From Hydrolagus colliei (taxonomy: Eukaryota): a stretch of 64,000 bases of DNA. Positions 1 to 12,799 of this stretch are shown piece after piece. The notes beneath the pieces were generated by a model. It did no database searches. It saw only the letters and a program-made list of their open reading frames with translations, and was not told the origin of the DNA. Location of the stretch: positions 7,254,001 through 7,318,000 of the forward strand of contig CM068751.1 in assembly GCA_035084275.1 (NCBI GenBank), in the 5' to 3' direction. The translations under genes were made by a program, and so were the position numbers. How positions within the stretch are numbered: the first letter of the stretch is position 1; each line of letters opens with the position of its first letter.

Positions 1-277
1 GGATGTAATTTGGAGTTACCAACCATTCAGACTCCACCATTGCATGTTATAATCTTTCTGTAAAGCTTTCTCCAGCAGATGTTTATACCTTAAGCTTTCG
101 AATGTTGAATTTACTTCAATAGTTTAATGAAATTCTCATGTTCCTTTTCTGGGGGTAAAAAAAATGGCAACATAGCTCTTTGAGGACTGGAGTCATATTT
201 TTGCATCACTGTTTACAGTAAAAAAAACACAAACCAGATTTAGACAGTGTTTTGCACCATCCACAATGAGCATTATT

Positions 278-316
278 GTGTGTGAGTGTGTGTGTGTGTG
301 TGTGTGTGCGAGAGAG
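278..316. repeat. (TG)n microsatellite followed by short (GA)n
   Basis: Direct: tgtgtgtgagtgtgtg...gtgcgagagaga. Confidence 0.95.
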
Positions 317-415
317 ATTTCATGACCTGGATGTAATGGTTATAATATCAGATGACTCGAGATCAAGGTCATTGGCATCTCTGACATTTCACTTATTAAA
401 TTATGTGACCTAAAA

Positions 416-487
416 AATAATAATAATAATCCTTGCATTTGATATAGTGCTTTTCACATCTTCTCGCAGTCTCAAAGCACTTCACAG
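416..487 (-). mobile_element. 3' tail fragment of the abundant tRNA-derived SINE
   Basis: (AAT)n-ccttgcatttgatatagtgcttttcac...ctcaaagcacttcacag is the reverse complement of the tail of the full-length copies (e.g. 38356-38667). Confidence 0.9.
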
Positions 488-759
488 CTACTGTTGCTAT
501 TGAAATGACAATGCCAGGAATGAAAATCGAGAATGCTAGAAAGCTGTATCTTCAAGAGGTTAATATTCCATACGCTCAGAATGTTGATGTCTTTCACATG
601 CTGATTGAACTAAACAGGAAATGTCTGTTATATTATGTGATATTTGGAAAATACTTATTGTTGGTAATGCATCACCCTTTAGGTTCATCGACGTGTTTTA
701 CTGATATTGTAAATAATTTCACTATGTCACAGCAATTCTCAGTTATTAGGGATACAATT

Positions 760-905
760 GCTTATTCGCTTCACGGCTGTTTGTGAGATATTGCCTTATG
801 CAAATTGGGTGTTTGCAATACACAGTCACTACACTTTACGGTAAATCCTGTAAAGCATTTTGAGATGTTCTCTCAACTTCAAATATCCTATGTCAAACTA
901 TTATA
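760..905 (+). mobile_element. Diverged SINE 3' part (older Deu/L2-tail type)
   Basis: ggctgtttgtgagatattgc...gcaaattgg...cagtcactacactttac...ttttgagatgttct resembles the copy at 35195-35360. Confidence 0.65.
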
Positions 906-2960
906 ATTAATTATTAAGTTATTATCATTTATTACTACAGTATCTTCGAGCGCTCTGGGACTCTATCCTGCATGCAATAAATGCAAGTTGTTATCTTCTG
1001 TCAGTCCAGTCTTTTCGTGTGGTTTAAATTGGCTGACACTTATCATTTTCTTCCTGACTAGTGATGGGAGTTTGCATTTAGATTTTTTTTTAAATGACTC
1101 TCCCATTTCTTTTCAAACTAATCTGGTTACCTTGGAAAATACCAATGACATAAGAATTGATTGTCATAAATAGATATTTTATTTTACGTTGTTTTCTGAC
1201 AGTTTTCTAGATCCTGCGCAGAAGCTAAATGGGAAGCAGATTTCTGGAGCCTGAACAAAGATCCAAGCAATTTTACCAAATCACCCCAGATTATTCTTAG
1301 CTTTGGGACAATAATGTCTGTGGTTTGCTCCAGTCAATCCTCCAGTATTTCAGTGGTTTAGGAAGAAATGCTTCACATCACATTTAAGGTTGAAGGACAT
1401 TTTCTGTTCACTTCTGGGCTGCGTGAAAATACAGCGAAAGTAACGAGACACAAGGGGAGTTCTGAAGAAAGGAGGGTGCTGCTGTATCTCAGCATATAAT
1501 GGCTGAAACATTTCAGTCGGCCTTCAGAAGCGTCAATTAAACAGCCTGGCAACATTAGAGAGCAATATGCCAAAGCTCCTGTATAATAACAATTCACGAT
1601 GGCTTTGAGCCGGTTGCAGATTTAGTTATTACTTTATTGGGAAGGGTTATATTGCTTACTTGAAAGGTGATCTCTTTTGAACGCTGTATTTTGTTGCAAA
1701 ACTATCCAAACTGTAGCAGATGTTCGAGTTGCATCAAATTTATGATGGTCACACTTCTCCAGCCACACCAATGTGCTTTCATGCGGGTTTATTTTGAATC
1801 CTTGGATACTTTTTTGTTCCAATTGCAAAGATTGTTGTGAAACGACTAGGGTCAATTTGTGTGCTGCGTGATAACTTGTCATCTGTTCATATGAATTCTG
1901 CAATCTAATATTTCTGACCAGGTAAACATTGCTCGTCTGAATTTTTTTTCCACCTTTTATACAAACGTAAGGCTTTACTTTCAAAACCATATTTTCCCCG
2001 AAAAGTTTTAATGAAATGAAAAATGTCGACTTGACTCGATTGATGGCACTTTTTGCTGAGGATAGAATGATTTGCTTTGGGTGGTTGTTAGAATAAGAAT
2101 TGGACATGCACCTACAGAGGAAAGATAATCGAGGGTATGGGGGCAAGAAGTAGGGGATTGTGATTAAGATGGAAGATTGTTCTGCAAAATGCACAGCAAC
2201 TACTGTACTCTGAGGCTTATATTATTTATATAATATAGATAATATAACTTTATTTAGTGTATATATGTATTTACACATATGCAGTATATGGAACTTTATC
2301 TAGTTTGGATAGACTTAAGAATGGCGATCATAGTTCAGGCACCTGACCAATCAAAGAAAAAATAGATTATTTTCTTGGGATAATAGCAAACACTTTTTTT
2401 TGTGGAAAAAAACAAAATAAATGACCACCTGCTGCTGTATGTGTCTATGTAAGCACTCTGGTCTTGCCATACCAAAGCCTTGTGGATTCAAACTCGCATT
2501 GAGACGTTAGGTAGCCATCTGGATTATTGTAACATATAATGTAGAATGAAACACTCTCTTTTATGCGAATTTATTGCAAAAATAAAGCAAGGAGTTGTGC
2601 CCTTTGGGAAAGAAAACCACTGTGATGTCAAAATATAAAGCGACAGCAAGAGGTAAGCTAAGTGTTAGGGCAGCAAATTCTTCACTGGAGTTTTGAAAAA
2701 TGTCATTTTCAGGCAAACCTTAATATGAAACTAAGTAGCACTAACATGTTACCATATGTGCTGCAGTGGTATAAAAGGTAACTCAAATAATGTGCTGTCA
2801 GTCTGCACTCAATTACACTTCAAAGCACACGGCAACCCAATATTCTTGGACCTCAAATCTATGGTGCAAATAATTAATAATGCTTGTCTGATTCCGACAG
2901 ATTTCTTACCCAAGCACAGTAGACCACTTGTCCGACAATATTGGTAAAATGTACAATTCT

Positions 2961-3060
2961 CAATTCTCTTCACAATATAGTCTGTGAGGCGCTTTGAGAA
3001 ATCTCGAAGACGTAATAAGTCGCTGTATCAAATGTCAGGATTACTAATTATTATTATTAT
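2961..3060 (+). mobile_element. SINE 3' tail fragment
   Basis: gtgaggcgctttgagaaatctcgaagacgtaataag...atcaaatgtcaggatt then (ATT)n. Confidence 0.85.
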
Positions 3061-3683
3061 CTATTGTGAAACTTAGAGAAAGGCAGTGAATTGCTGCTCG
3101 TCAAATATATGTTTTTTTTAAAAAGTTTTTCTTCTGTTTGGCATTGACCAGTAGAGAGAAGACAACCTGAGACATGAAATCTTCATAGCCTCACATTTTG
3201 TAAGCCTTTGCAGAATTTTAGAAAATGCCTACATTCAGTCTGGATTTGAAAGTCAGTTTTCTGCAAATCTTCCCCAAAAACTTTTGCTCTGCATTTCGAC
3301 CACTTTAAATGACCATTTGCTACCTGTCGTCTGTATTTGGTCAGCTTGGTGAATATAACTCATCCATGTTTCTTATTGGCATGCTTCACTCACGTGGGTT
3401 TATCAAATAAATGATTTGCATTGCTTCCAGTGCCAGGTCTGAAAGCAGTGCGGTGGAATAAATGGGGGCATTGGATGGCTTAGCAATAGTCCCAAGCATG
3501 TAATATAAGGGGTGAAATGGCTCTCTGTACTTTCCGTAAATTTGGGGCAGGTACGCTAGATTCCAGACATACTCCACACTGACATGGCTTTGATATTACA
3601 GCTACGTTGTGTGTTTTTAGTTGAATTATTTTTGAATAAACCGTTCACGATATCACTCAGAATTTACCCATGCTCTCTGTTTT

Positions 3684-3703
3684 GTGTGTGTGTGTGTGTG
3701 TGT
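3684..3703. repeat. (TG)n microsatellite
   Basis: Direct. Confidence 0.95.
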
Positions 3704-5442
3704 TGATTCAGTGGTCACAAACAACACTGTGTAAACAAACTGTTTCAAAATTGCTTTTTCCAAGAGATTAAAGTTTGTACAATGCCCTGAGCAAAATCAG
3801 GTAAAACACAGCAGCAACATTTCCTCACTTTGTCCGAGGTTTCCTGCTTGGCAGAATGACCATCCTGACCGAACTTTCCACAGAAATGTTCATGTAATAT
3901 GGTCGTTGAAGGGAAGCATTTTTGATTGTATAGAAATGTTTTGATAGCATTTGCATTGTGTTGGGGTCGCTGTTGCTAACTGGAGATATTAAACCGTTTC
4001 AAAACCCATGATCAGATATGACGCAGGTTTGATAGTGAATGCAGACCGGAGTACAAAGGCAGGCTGGGTCCTGGTATTTTTCATTATATCCTGAGTCGCA
4101 GGCTAAAGCTACCTTAGAACTTTCATTTCTTGTGCTTATCAGATCATTAAGAGTGGAACTTGGCTGTAAAAGAGGTTAGGGGAAGATAAAATTATTGCAT
4201 AAAGCCAGACATTAGAAAGCAGTTACACCCTTATTGGTTTCGCAAGGAGTGGTAATTGGTCTGGGTAATGGCCTGTGTGTATAAAGTTGTACATTTGCTT
4301 ATATCAGGATTCAATGAGGAATTTCGCTGTGAGACATGTAAGACTCCAAATTGTTCAATTCAATTTAAACTGCCCAGGTCAGAAATCGACAATTGTTTGT
4401 GTTCTGTATTTCCAGTTATAGTTGCAGAGATATAGATCTCCATTTGATAGTGAATGCAGACCGGAGTACTTTTGTGCTTTTCCTGCAGTGGTCTAATTTA
4501 TGATTTTGATTACTTGACTCTTACCAGCAACATCAAGATTGAGAAGATTGCAATATTTACTCAGCTCATTAGATTCTGCATGCTGGAGATTGCTGTAAAA
4601 TCATACCTGCATGTAGGTTTAAAGCAGTACTTGAAATGCAGCTTGATGTGGTCACGCCCTCAGAAACCTCTGTGCCACTCAACATCAAATCTGTTTAACA
4701 CTGTTATCAGCAAATCTCAATCTACTATTTAGTTTTCAGATTCAAGCGGCTGAATGGGAACAAAGGAAAGAGTGTGGGGGGCAAAATGGGTTATCTTTGC
4801 GTTGTGACAGTTCAAATTGATATAAATTTGCTATCATGAAACTTCAGATCATAGAACGTGGTTAAAAGATTATACGGGGATTGTGATGACATCCAGGCAG
4901 AGAAAGCAAGAGGAAAGCAAGTCCTTAGCGAAATAGTGGAGTTTAAATTGTTAGTTCCACAGTTTCTTCTAATGCAATATGTGCTTTGTTGCTTTCAAAA
5001 TCATGTGTTTGAGCAAACTATTCTTTTCTGCTCAATTTGGAAAACAAAATTGCATGGATTATCGGTGCGTACAGCTTTCTTTTAAAAAAAATATTACTTG
5101 GACTTTTATAAACTGCAGTGGATGTCTTTTCTACAATTGTGTGTGGAGCAGGTGCTTGGGAATCCATTGGGTATAGAAATCTATTTGGCAGATGTTTTGC
5201 ACCACTGGTGTGTTTGTTTCCTTTTATATAAAAAAAACTCATTTCATCCTGATTTATGATCTTGTGCAGGTGCACTGTTGGGATCCGAGATAGGGTTTTA
5301 AAATTGCAATCTGGCTGGGAAATTGGAAGTGAGGGAATTTATTTTTCAGAACTATTGCTGCATCTCACTTGCTGAAAAGGGGAACCCAGATCGTACAAAC
5401 TGAACAAAAAGTGGGGTGAGCCTAGCAGGGACTCTCCAGATT

Positions 5443-5585
5443 ATAATAATAATAATCCTTGTGTTTGATACAGCACCTTGTCACGTCTTCAAAGCATCTC
5501 AAAGTGCTTTGCAAAATATACTGCCAAGTGAATTAACTGTACACAGTAGTTTGTTAGTGAAATGTGACGGCTAATTGCGCACAGC
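5443..5585 (-). mobile_element. SINE 3' half
   Basis: (AAT)n ccttgtgtttgatacag...gtgaattaactgtac...ggctaattgcgcacagc matches the family. Confidence 0.85.
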
Positions 5586-6384
5586 TAATCGAGGTAACCA
5601 GGTTGGCATTGCAACACAGATGAACTTAACATGTTAACAGTGTTATTTGCCTGAAGTTCAAAATGATATGTTACTGTTAGATTGTTCCTTTGTTCATTGT
5701 CAATCACAAAATCCACACAACGGCAGATTCAATTGAACACACAAAATCAGTAAAATACTGAACAACACAAGGTTCTTCACGTAAAAGTTCTTCATCGCTA
5801 GCAGAATTTAATACCATCACTTTTCAAATACCGTATACACCACTGGTGATGGGGCTAAATAGCTGTACAGTACAAAAAGAAGCCAGTTTATCAAAGTCCC
5901 TTTCCTGTGGAGTGATAAATCTAAAGGATGTGTCACTTCAAATAGCTTTTTATAGCTTTGGGAGCATCGCAACCCGTTTCACACAGACAGTAATCAGTCT
6001 TTGACAGAGATTCGATAAGCTCAGAATTGTATTCATTCATGTTTTCTTTCAGTACAATCGGAGATTTTTTTTTGTTACAACTACAATCAGAAAGCTGATG
6101 CAATTTGAAATCTGCCAATATTGCACTGTATCCTCATTCCTTTTTTTTATTTCACTGCAAATAAATCAGACAATTAGATTGCACTACGTGCCATTTAGTG
6201 AAATGAGCAATTAGCTTGCAATTGAATAATAAACAAAGGTAATTAATACAGCAGATCAATGCTTCATACCGGAGTTTATTATTTAGTGCACAATTGTTGG
6301 GAGCTTGAGAAATATTGTAAATTGAATTTTATTGAAAACTAACTTAGTTTGGGCCGTCAGTTCATGAACTGACAGCTGATGTAA

Positions 6385-6500
6385 AATAATTTGCTTGCAA
6401 AATAGCCACTACGCTTTACAGTGTATCTTGAATTGCTTTGAGATGTCCTCCTGGCATGAAAGTTGCTATGTTAGATGTAAGACTTACTTATTTACTATTG
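6385..6500 (+). mobile_element. Diverged SINE tail (older type)
   Basis: ccactacgctttacagtgtatc...gctttgagatgtcctcctggcatgaaagttgctat...atgtaag. Confidence 0.6.
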
Positions 6501-6825
6501 TTGATTAATATTTTTGCAGAGGGCACAACTGCTGGCTGAATCCATAAACTGCCCATAATGCTCGGAATTAAAGCAAAACAAACAGGATGATGACAAAGCT
6601 TGATCCTTGGTGTGAACTGATTTATCTGAACTCTTGTCACAGCTGTGATATGGGTACTACAATTAGATTTGTCTGTCTAATTTCTTGTATGTTCTAATAC
6701 GTGATAACAAGGAGTAGAAATGGAAAATTGTGTAACAAAACGGAAGGACATTTTCATATTTTTCTTCAGTATATGCAAACTGGACCGAATATTATATGTT
6801 GTATTTTTGTAGTGGTAATCAGATC

Positions 6826-7118
6826 ATAATAATCCTTGCATTTGATATAGCGCTTTTCACACCTTATCGACGTCTCAAAGTACATCACAGAATATACCGT
6901 AAAGTGAATTGACTGTATATTTGTGGGCAAAACGTGGCAGCCAATTGTGCACAGCGGTGTCCCACAAACAGTCTTGGATTGAAAATGTTTTTTTGGATGG
7001 ATTATCATTAGGCTTGTGGCGTATGCAAACTTGCCCAAGGTTTCGCCCTGATCTGCCTGGATTCGAACACAGGTCTCACACTTGTAAGGCGAGTGATCTA
7101 ACCACTGAACTACAGGAG
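6826..7118 (-). mobile_element. Full-length tRNA-derived SINE (SINE2/DeuSINE-related, L2-type tail)
   Basis: Minus strand: A box tagttcagtggt, B box gttcgaatcc, body gggacaccgctgtgcacaattggctgcc, tail gcgctatatcaaatgcaaggattatt. Aligns end to end with other copies in the window. Confidence 0.93.
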
Positions 7119-7799
7119 CTCCAATGCTGTAATGCTGCATCTTTCTGTGATCATCGTTAACTTTACATTTGCAGAGTGATTAGGTCAGTTCATTCTAACC
7201 CTGCATAAGCAAACGTTTGAAGGTTGCTGATTCTTTGGGGATTTGTTCCGCATGTAAGCAAAGCAGCTGAATTCATGCTACACAATGAAGAACGTTGAGC
7301 AAGGAAGGTGAGGTGAATCGCCACAGATTCTAAAATTAGATTTAAAAACGTGTTCAAAATAACTTTACTCTTGGCCTCCAAATTAGAATTAGGTGATGTA
7401 AAGACTGGCGTTTTTTTTTGCTCTGCATATTGCTCCTCTAATTGGAAATTCACTAAACAATTGTGTGTTTCCTTTAATACCTAATCTTCCTAAATTTAAG
7501 GTGTGCTTGTAACCTTGTCCTCTTACAAGGCTGAAGGGAATGGTTTCCATATTTTGATGGACGTGCATTTATACTGAACGTTGCAGAGTTTAGTAACACT
7601 CGTTCTGTGTCCTTCCAGCTGCAGCTGATAGTTGTTATTCTGGAGCTGGGCTGAAGGTCAGCTGAAGATTTCAACCAATTTATCAAGTAGTGACTTGACT
7701 GATCCTGCTGTAGTTACGATAAAAAGCCTTCCATCAACCATCTTACATCGATATAATGAAAGTGATAGATTTAGATTGTGATTTGAGGGGTTCATTTGT

Positions 7800-7905
7800 G
7801 TTTCACCCACAAAATATAGTCAGTTCACTTTACAGTATACGCTGTGAAGCGCTTTGCGACATCTCGAAGATGTGATAAGGCGCTGTGTCATTAGGATTAT
7901 TAATA
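7800..7905 (+). mobile_element. SINE 3' tail fragment
   Basis: cccacaaaatatagtcagttcacttttacagtat...gaagcgctttgcgacatctcgaagatgtgataaggcgct. Confidence 0.85.
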
Positions 7906-8939
7906 TTAGCAAGCAAGTCATCCCATTTTGCTTTTAATGAACGGAAAGAAATACTTGCAGGCAAAGTTGGGTCATAGATCAAGATGATCATATGGATTTT
8001 TTCACTTCCTATCACTGTGAATTCTCTCTTTCTTTAAAAAAAAGCTTCATGCTGTGACGGGAGGATGGACTGAAGGGCCTTCTTCATCCAAATTGATATT
8101 ATGGTTCCCCCGACACTTGCACATTCCCAATAGTTAAGCATGAATAATCCAGGAACCCGGCAGGAAATTCTCAGTGCAAAAAGAGTGGTTATTATTAATA
8201 ATACAAAATTTGTTCTGCAATGAAGGTTAGCCTAGCATCACATATCTACACACATCAGATAAGAAATCATCGTGGCACAGAGGAGATAACAGTTCTATTT
8301 TTCTTCCCACTCCAAATACAAGCTTTCATTATTTAGAGTTTCATTTGATAGTTCTCAAATGATGTCCCCTGGTAGAATTGGCTTGAGAGTGGCTTGCGGT
8401 ATCTGGCCTCTCAATCTTCCCACCCTGCCAAGGAGCAAGCCTGCACTTGCCACAACTACTAGACAACATGCCAAGGTCAGGAAACTCACTCTGCACTAAA
8501 TTGAACCCACATCCTATATTTCTGTAAAATAGTATATCAAAATACTAACGTGGTCAGTCAACTGTTTCCTCCAAATGTATTCTTGTACTGTGATTTCCTA
8601 CATCTCTCTTCCCCCACACAACGCCCCTCCCACCAAGAAAAGAAATTATATGAACCTGTGAAATTCAGCATATGCAGCCTCACGGAATAGCTTCAGAGGT
8701 GTTTACATTGATCATAATGGTGATGACCTTCTGGGAGTGCATCCATGGCAATTCACTGATTTATATTCCAACAGCGATTATTTCAGGCTCCTGTTGCCAG
8801 AGTACTGGTGCATGTCCTTCTTCCAGTGTGTCTATTAATGCATTAAGCCAACCTATGCATTTCATGACAGTGCCATAGAGGAGACCTTGCCCTTCAAGCA
8901 CCCGCCACAGCATTTGATCCCATGCCTGAGTGAGTATAT

Positions 8940-9195
8940 CAGATTTTAAATGGGATTGAGAAAATAAATTTAAAACAATACTTTCAGACCCACTGAGTCA
9001 GCAGATCAAGAGGACACTGGAAGTATTTCTTTACCCAGAGGGTAATTTATAACTGAAACAGGTTACCAGCAAGAGTGGTTGAGGCCAGGATGCCAGATTC
9101 ATTTATACACAAAACAGCTTGATGCTGTGATGGCGAAAGATGAAATGGACTGTACGGCCTTCCTACTTCATCCAAACCTCTCTTATGATCTTGTG
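8940..9195 (+). mobile_element. CR1 LINE 3' remnant
   Basis: Translates as YFFTQRVIYN*NRLPARVVEA (CR1 ORF2 C-terminal FFxxRVxxxWNxLPxxVVEA motif), followed by the CR1-type end atggactgtacggccttcct...cttatgatctt. Confidence 0.8.
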
Positions 9196-11099
9196 CGTAT
9201 TCCTACTACTTTAAGTATTAATAGATGACCATCTGTATTGATCATGGGGATTGAGGGAAGATGGATTGATTGATGAATGATAGAGAAGAAAGATTGCTTT
9301 AAAGTCTGTATCGAAAAGAGGTTGTTTTTCAAAAATATATATGTATTTGTTACAGGGCTCAAGAAAATGTGTTCCAAACCTCAATTTGCAATTGAGATGG
9401 TGGAATAAATAAGTAAAAGCCATGCAATAAAGATGGCTGCAAAAATGTAAGACTGGAATCGTCCTGTCTGCAGTAATGGCTACTTTGACAGTAATCCTAC
9501 CATTAGTGTAATAACTACAAGTTAGTGTTTTCCACATTGTATTCACCTCTAATGGATCAGTACACAAAGACGGAAACATCAATTAAACCACTAATTAAGG
9601 AATGGGCATGACTAGAATGACGCAACCCTTCTTCATGTCCGTTGGGTCCGAGATACTTACAGCGTTTACTTACTCTGCTCAGCATTAAAACACTTTGACT
9701 TGTGCAGCTTTTAAAAGTGCTGCAATTGGGCAGTTTTGAATGAAAAGAAAGAGTTTTCAATGTTATACGGTGTCTTTCGCCAATGAAATGTTTCAAAGCA
9801 TTTCACAGTGAATTACTGTGAACAGTGTTGTAGCAAAATCACTGTTTCATAGTAACTAACATTTTTATGACATTATAATTGCTTGGGACAACGCAATCAC
9901 CTTCTACTTGTTGTTACTATAGCAGGTTCCTTCAGTGACATGGCTGATATTAATTTGAGAAGGGAAACCCTGTTTCAAAGGGTTGCAGCCCACAAAACTG
10001 CTCTATTTACTCTGCCTCTATGCACTTTCTTTCTTTTGAAAATGGTTGATATTTTTTAAAAGATTGAAACACTTAATTTCCGGCTGCCATAGAGGTCAGG
10101 GAAGGTGAGGAGACCACGGTAATGTTTCACTTACCCTAACACTATCTGATGTTCTTTGTAAATCTCTGTCGCTGTTTATTCTGCTTTTCTTTGGTGAACT
10201 TGACAGCGTCTTAACCCTGGGGGTGAAATCTTTCCCCTTTGACTGTGAGTTTCACTGGTATAATCTGTTATCATAGCCGTGCAAATGTGATCCTGGTCGG
10301 CAACCAAACAAAGCCTTTGATCTCCCTGAGTGGAGCAGTTAAATCGGATTTCCAAAAGGAGGTGTAACTTACCATTAAAGATAAAGTCAGAGCAGAGTGT
10401 AAGACCTGGAAAGTATTTATACAAAATTCCTGAAGCCGAAAAGTGGAGGTGAAATTGCATTCCTGTGAGTTGTACTTTAACTTAATCACTGACTGTTTGC
10501 CTCCCAGGCAACTGGCTATTCCCGTGGTATGACTAACAATCCTTGCCTTCAAGGCCTGAGGTGTGGAGCAATCACAACTTGCAGAAACCATAGGAATTCC
10601 CTTGTGCACAGGACAACCCTATTTAAAGTTTGCTTTGCCAAGGAATGACCTCTTCCCCTGTCTCACTCCACCAGTCCAACTCAGTGTCTCTTGGCACAAA
10701 TTGGCATTGATGCTGAAGTCTATGGATAAATGTTCTGTGCTACATGCTACGGATCGTATACACAGCAGAATGACCCAGGAAAGCAATTTTATGCTGAGTT
10801 AGCTGATGTCAGTCGGGCAAACAGTGGGAGCACGACAAACAGCTTTGACTGTCCTTGTACCCAATTCACAGATGAGAGTGCCTTTCAATCTGGTTGAATG
10901 ATAACAACCACTGTTTATATTCAAAAATACACTGAATAAAAAGCATTAAGATCAAGAAAATCTCAGACTTTCGTGGACCTACTCTGTTTCTTTTGTCGCT
11001 ATTGATGTTAGCTAGTCACTATTCCTGTGGTTTCTGAAGTCAATGTTGTAATTGCATTTCAATTATAATGACAACATCATGACAGACTGACACTACTGC

Positions 11100-11225
11100 T
11101 GAACATTGTAGCACTGATGTGAATTATGGCATACGTTTTGCCCACAACATATGCAGTCAATTCACTTTACAGTATATTCTGTGAAGCGCCTTGAGGCGTC
11201 TCGAAGACGTTATATCAAATGCCAG
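11100..11225 (+). mobile_element. SINE 3' half, tail-to-tail with the L2 fragment that follows
   Basis: cgttttgcccacaacatatgcagtcaattcactttacagtatattctgtgaagcgccttgag. Confidence 0.85.
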
Positions 11226-11245
11226 TGTTCTGATTGTTAATACAC

Positions 11246-11671
11246 CAACAACTTTGATTTATATAGCGCACTCCACGCCAGAAGGCGTCTCACAGCGCTT
11301 CACAGTAGCGGATCCCGGGACCGAGCCAGGGGCAGGAAGGTGACCAAAAGCTCGGTCGAAGAGAAAGGTCTTCAACTGTGACCTGAAACTGGGAAGAGAG
11401 GGGGCGAGGCGAAGCGAGTGAAGAAGGGAGTTCCAGAGCCTCGGGGCGTAGTGGCTAAAGGCATGGCCGCCGAGGGTGGAGCGGAGGACTCAGGAGATAT
11501 GGAGGAGGCCAGACCCAGAGGAGCGAAGGCAGCGGGTGCTGGGTTGTGGGGAGAGGAGATCAGAGAGATAGGGGGGTGCAGAGGAGTGGAGGGATTTGAA
11601 AACAAGGGTGAGGATCTTGAAATCGATCTTCTCTGGGATAGGGAGCCAGTGAAGTCTGGCAAGGATTGGGG
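11246..11671 (-). mobile_element. L2 LINE 3' fragment (subfamily B)
   Basis: Minus translation PILARLHWLPIPEKIDFKILTLVFKSLHSSAPPYLSDLL...GGHAFSHYAPRLWNSL is the L2 ORF2 C-terminus (internal stop present). Ends gcgctatataaatcaaagttgttg. Confidence 0.92.
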
Positions 11672-11880
11672 TAATAATAATTTCACTCTACCCTGCTGAA
11701 AGTTACCAGCACAGACCACCCTGTGCAAATTGGCAACTTCCGTTTATAAAATGAGTATGGGTGAGAGTGACTGATACAATGCGAATTCATGATTATTGGA
11801 CCCAAGAAAAGTACACTTTACCAAACCAGATATATTCGACTAGCAGAAGTTGACTGCCTTTCGCTGAGTTTCGCAATAGG

Positions 11881-11962
11881 TAATAATAATCCTTGCATTT
11901 GATATAGTGTCTTATCACGTCTTTGAAATGTCTCATATACTGTAAAGTGAATTGATAGTATA
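11881..11962 (-). mobile_element. SINE tail fragment with internal deletion
   Basis: taataataatccttgcatttgatatagtg...tactgtaaagtgaattga. Confidence 0.85.
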
Positions 11963-12799
11963 TTAGATGCCAGTGGAGCTGAAGAGCACTAGGCCAGAGC
12001 TCAAGTAACATGCTTAGGAAGCGCTGAAAATTGTCTAACTGCTGTTTCCCTAAATTCAATTTGGCAGCATTTTCTCTGTGTATCAGACGAGCTCTGTCCT
12101 CAGCCTAATAAAAGTCATTAATGTGGAAAGTTTAAACAGATGGATGAGCAATCAAATGAAAAGGTTTTGGCTGATGTGAGCATCAAATCAATATTGTCTC
12201 TGTGGAAATTATTGATCTTTTTAGACTATCCATCTGCTGTTATTGATCCTATGCTGGAGCCTAATTCTGATTAATCAGCAAAGGAATTCGAAAAATTCTC
12301 AGTTAAATGTATTATGTCAGATTCCTTTTCCTGGCTGCTTAAATTACTTTTTAACAAAGACAGAATTTGTGCTTTCAGGTAAATTGACTTAGGTCGTATT
12401 TTCAAGGGAAAAGTTTGAGGTGTTGATGAGCATTCGAATCGTTTGCTTTGAATTCAAGCGCCTATTTTCTTGCACCTTCGTAGATTAGTGTCAGATTAGA
12501 GAGTTAAATGTGTCAGAAGACACTTCAATTTTTTTTGTGTGGGGGGGAGTTTTCTAATGAGTGGTTGCAATGCTGGTGATGCTTCAAAGGCTGCTGCCTT
12601 TACAGTCTGGGTTTCTTCACAATTCAACCCACCCATCACAGTCAGACAACAAATGACCTCAAGCCAGCTGTGCATTGCTTTCTGGATAAATGGCTTTACA
12701 TCAGACTTCACCTCTGAATTGGATAAACCGTCTTTCGTCAACCCGTTTGTATAAAAGACAGGGAACAATTCCCATGCAGGTTGTCTCAGCTAAAACTCA

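Noticed and set aside
11372-11728. Pro/Ser-rich and Gly/Glu-rich ORFs (also 32843-33319 and 58147-58630)
   Set aside because: Alternative frames of GC-skewed L2 fragments.
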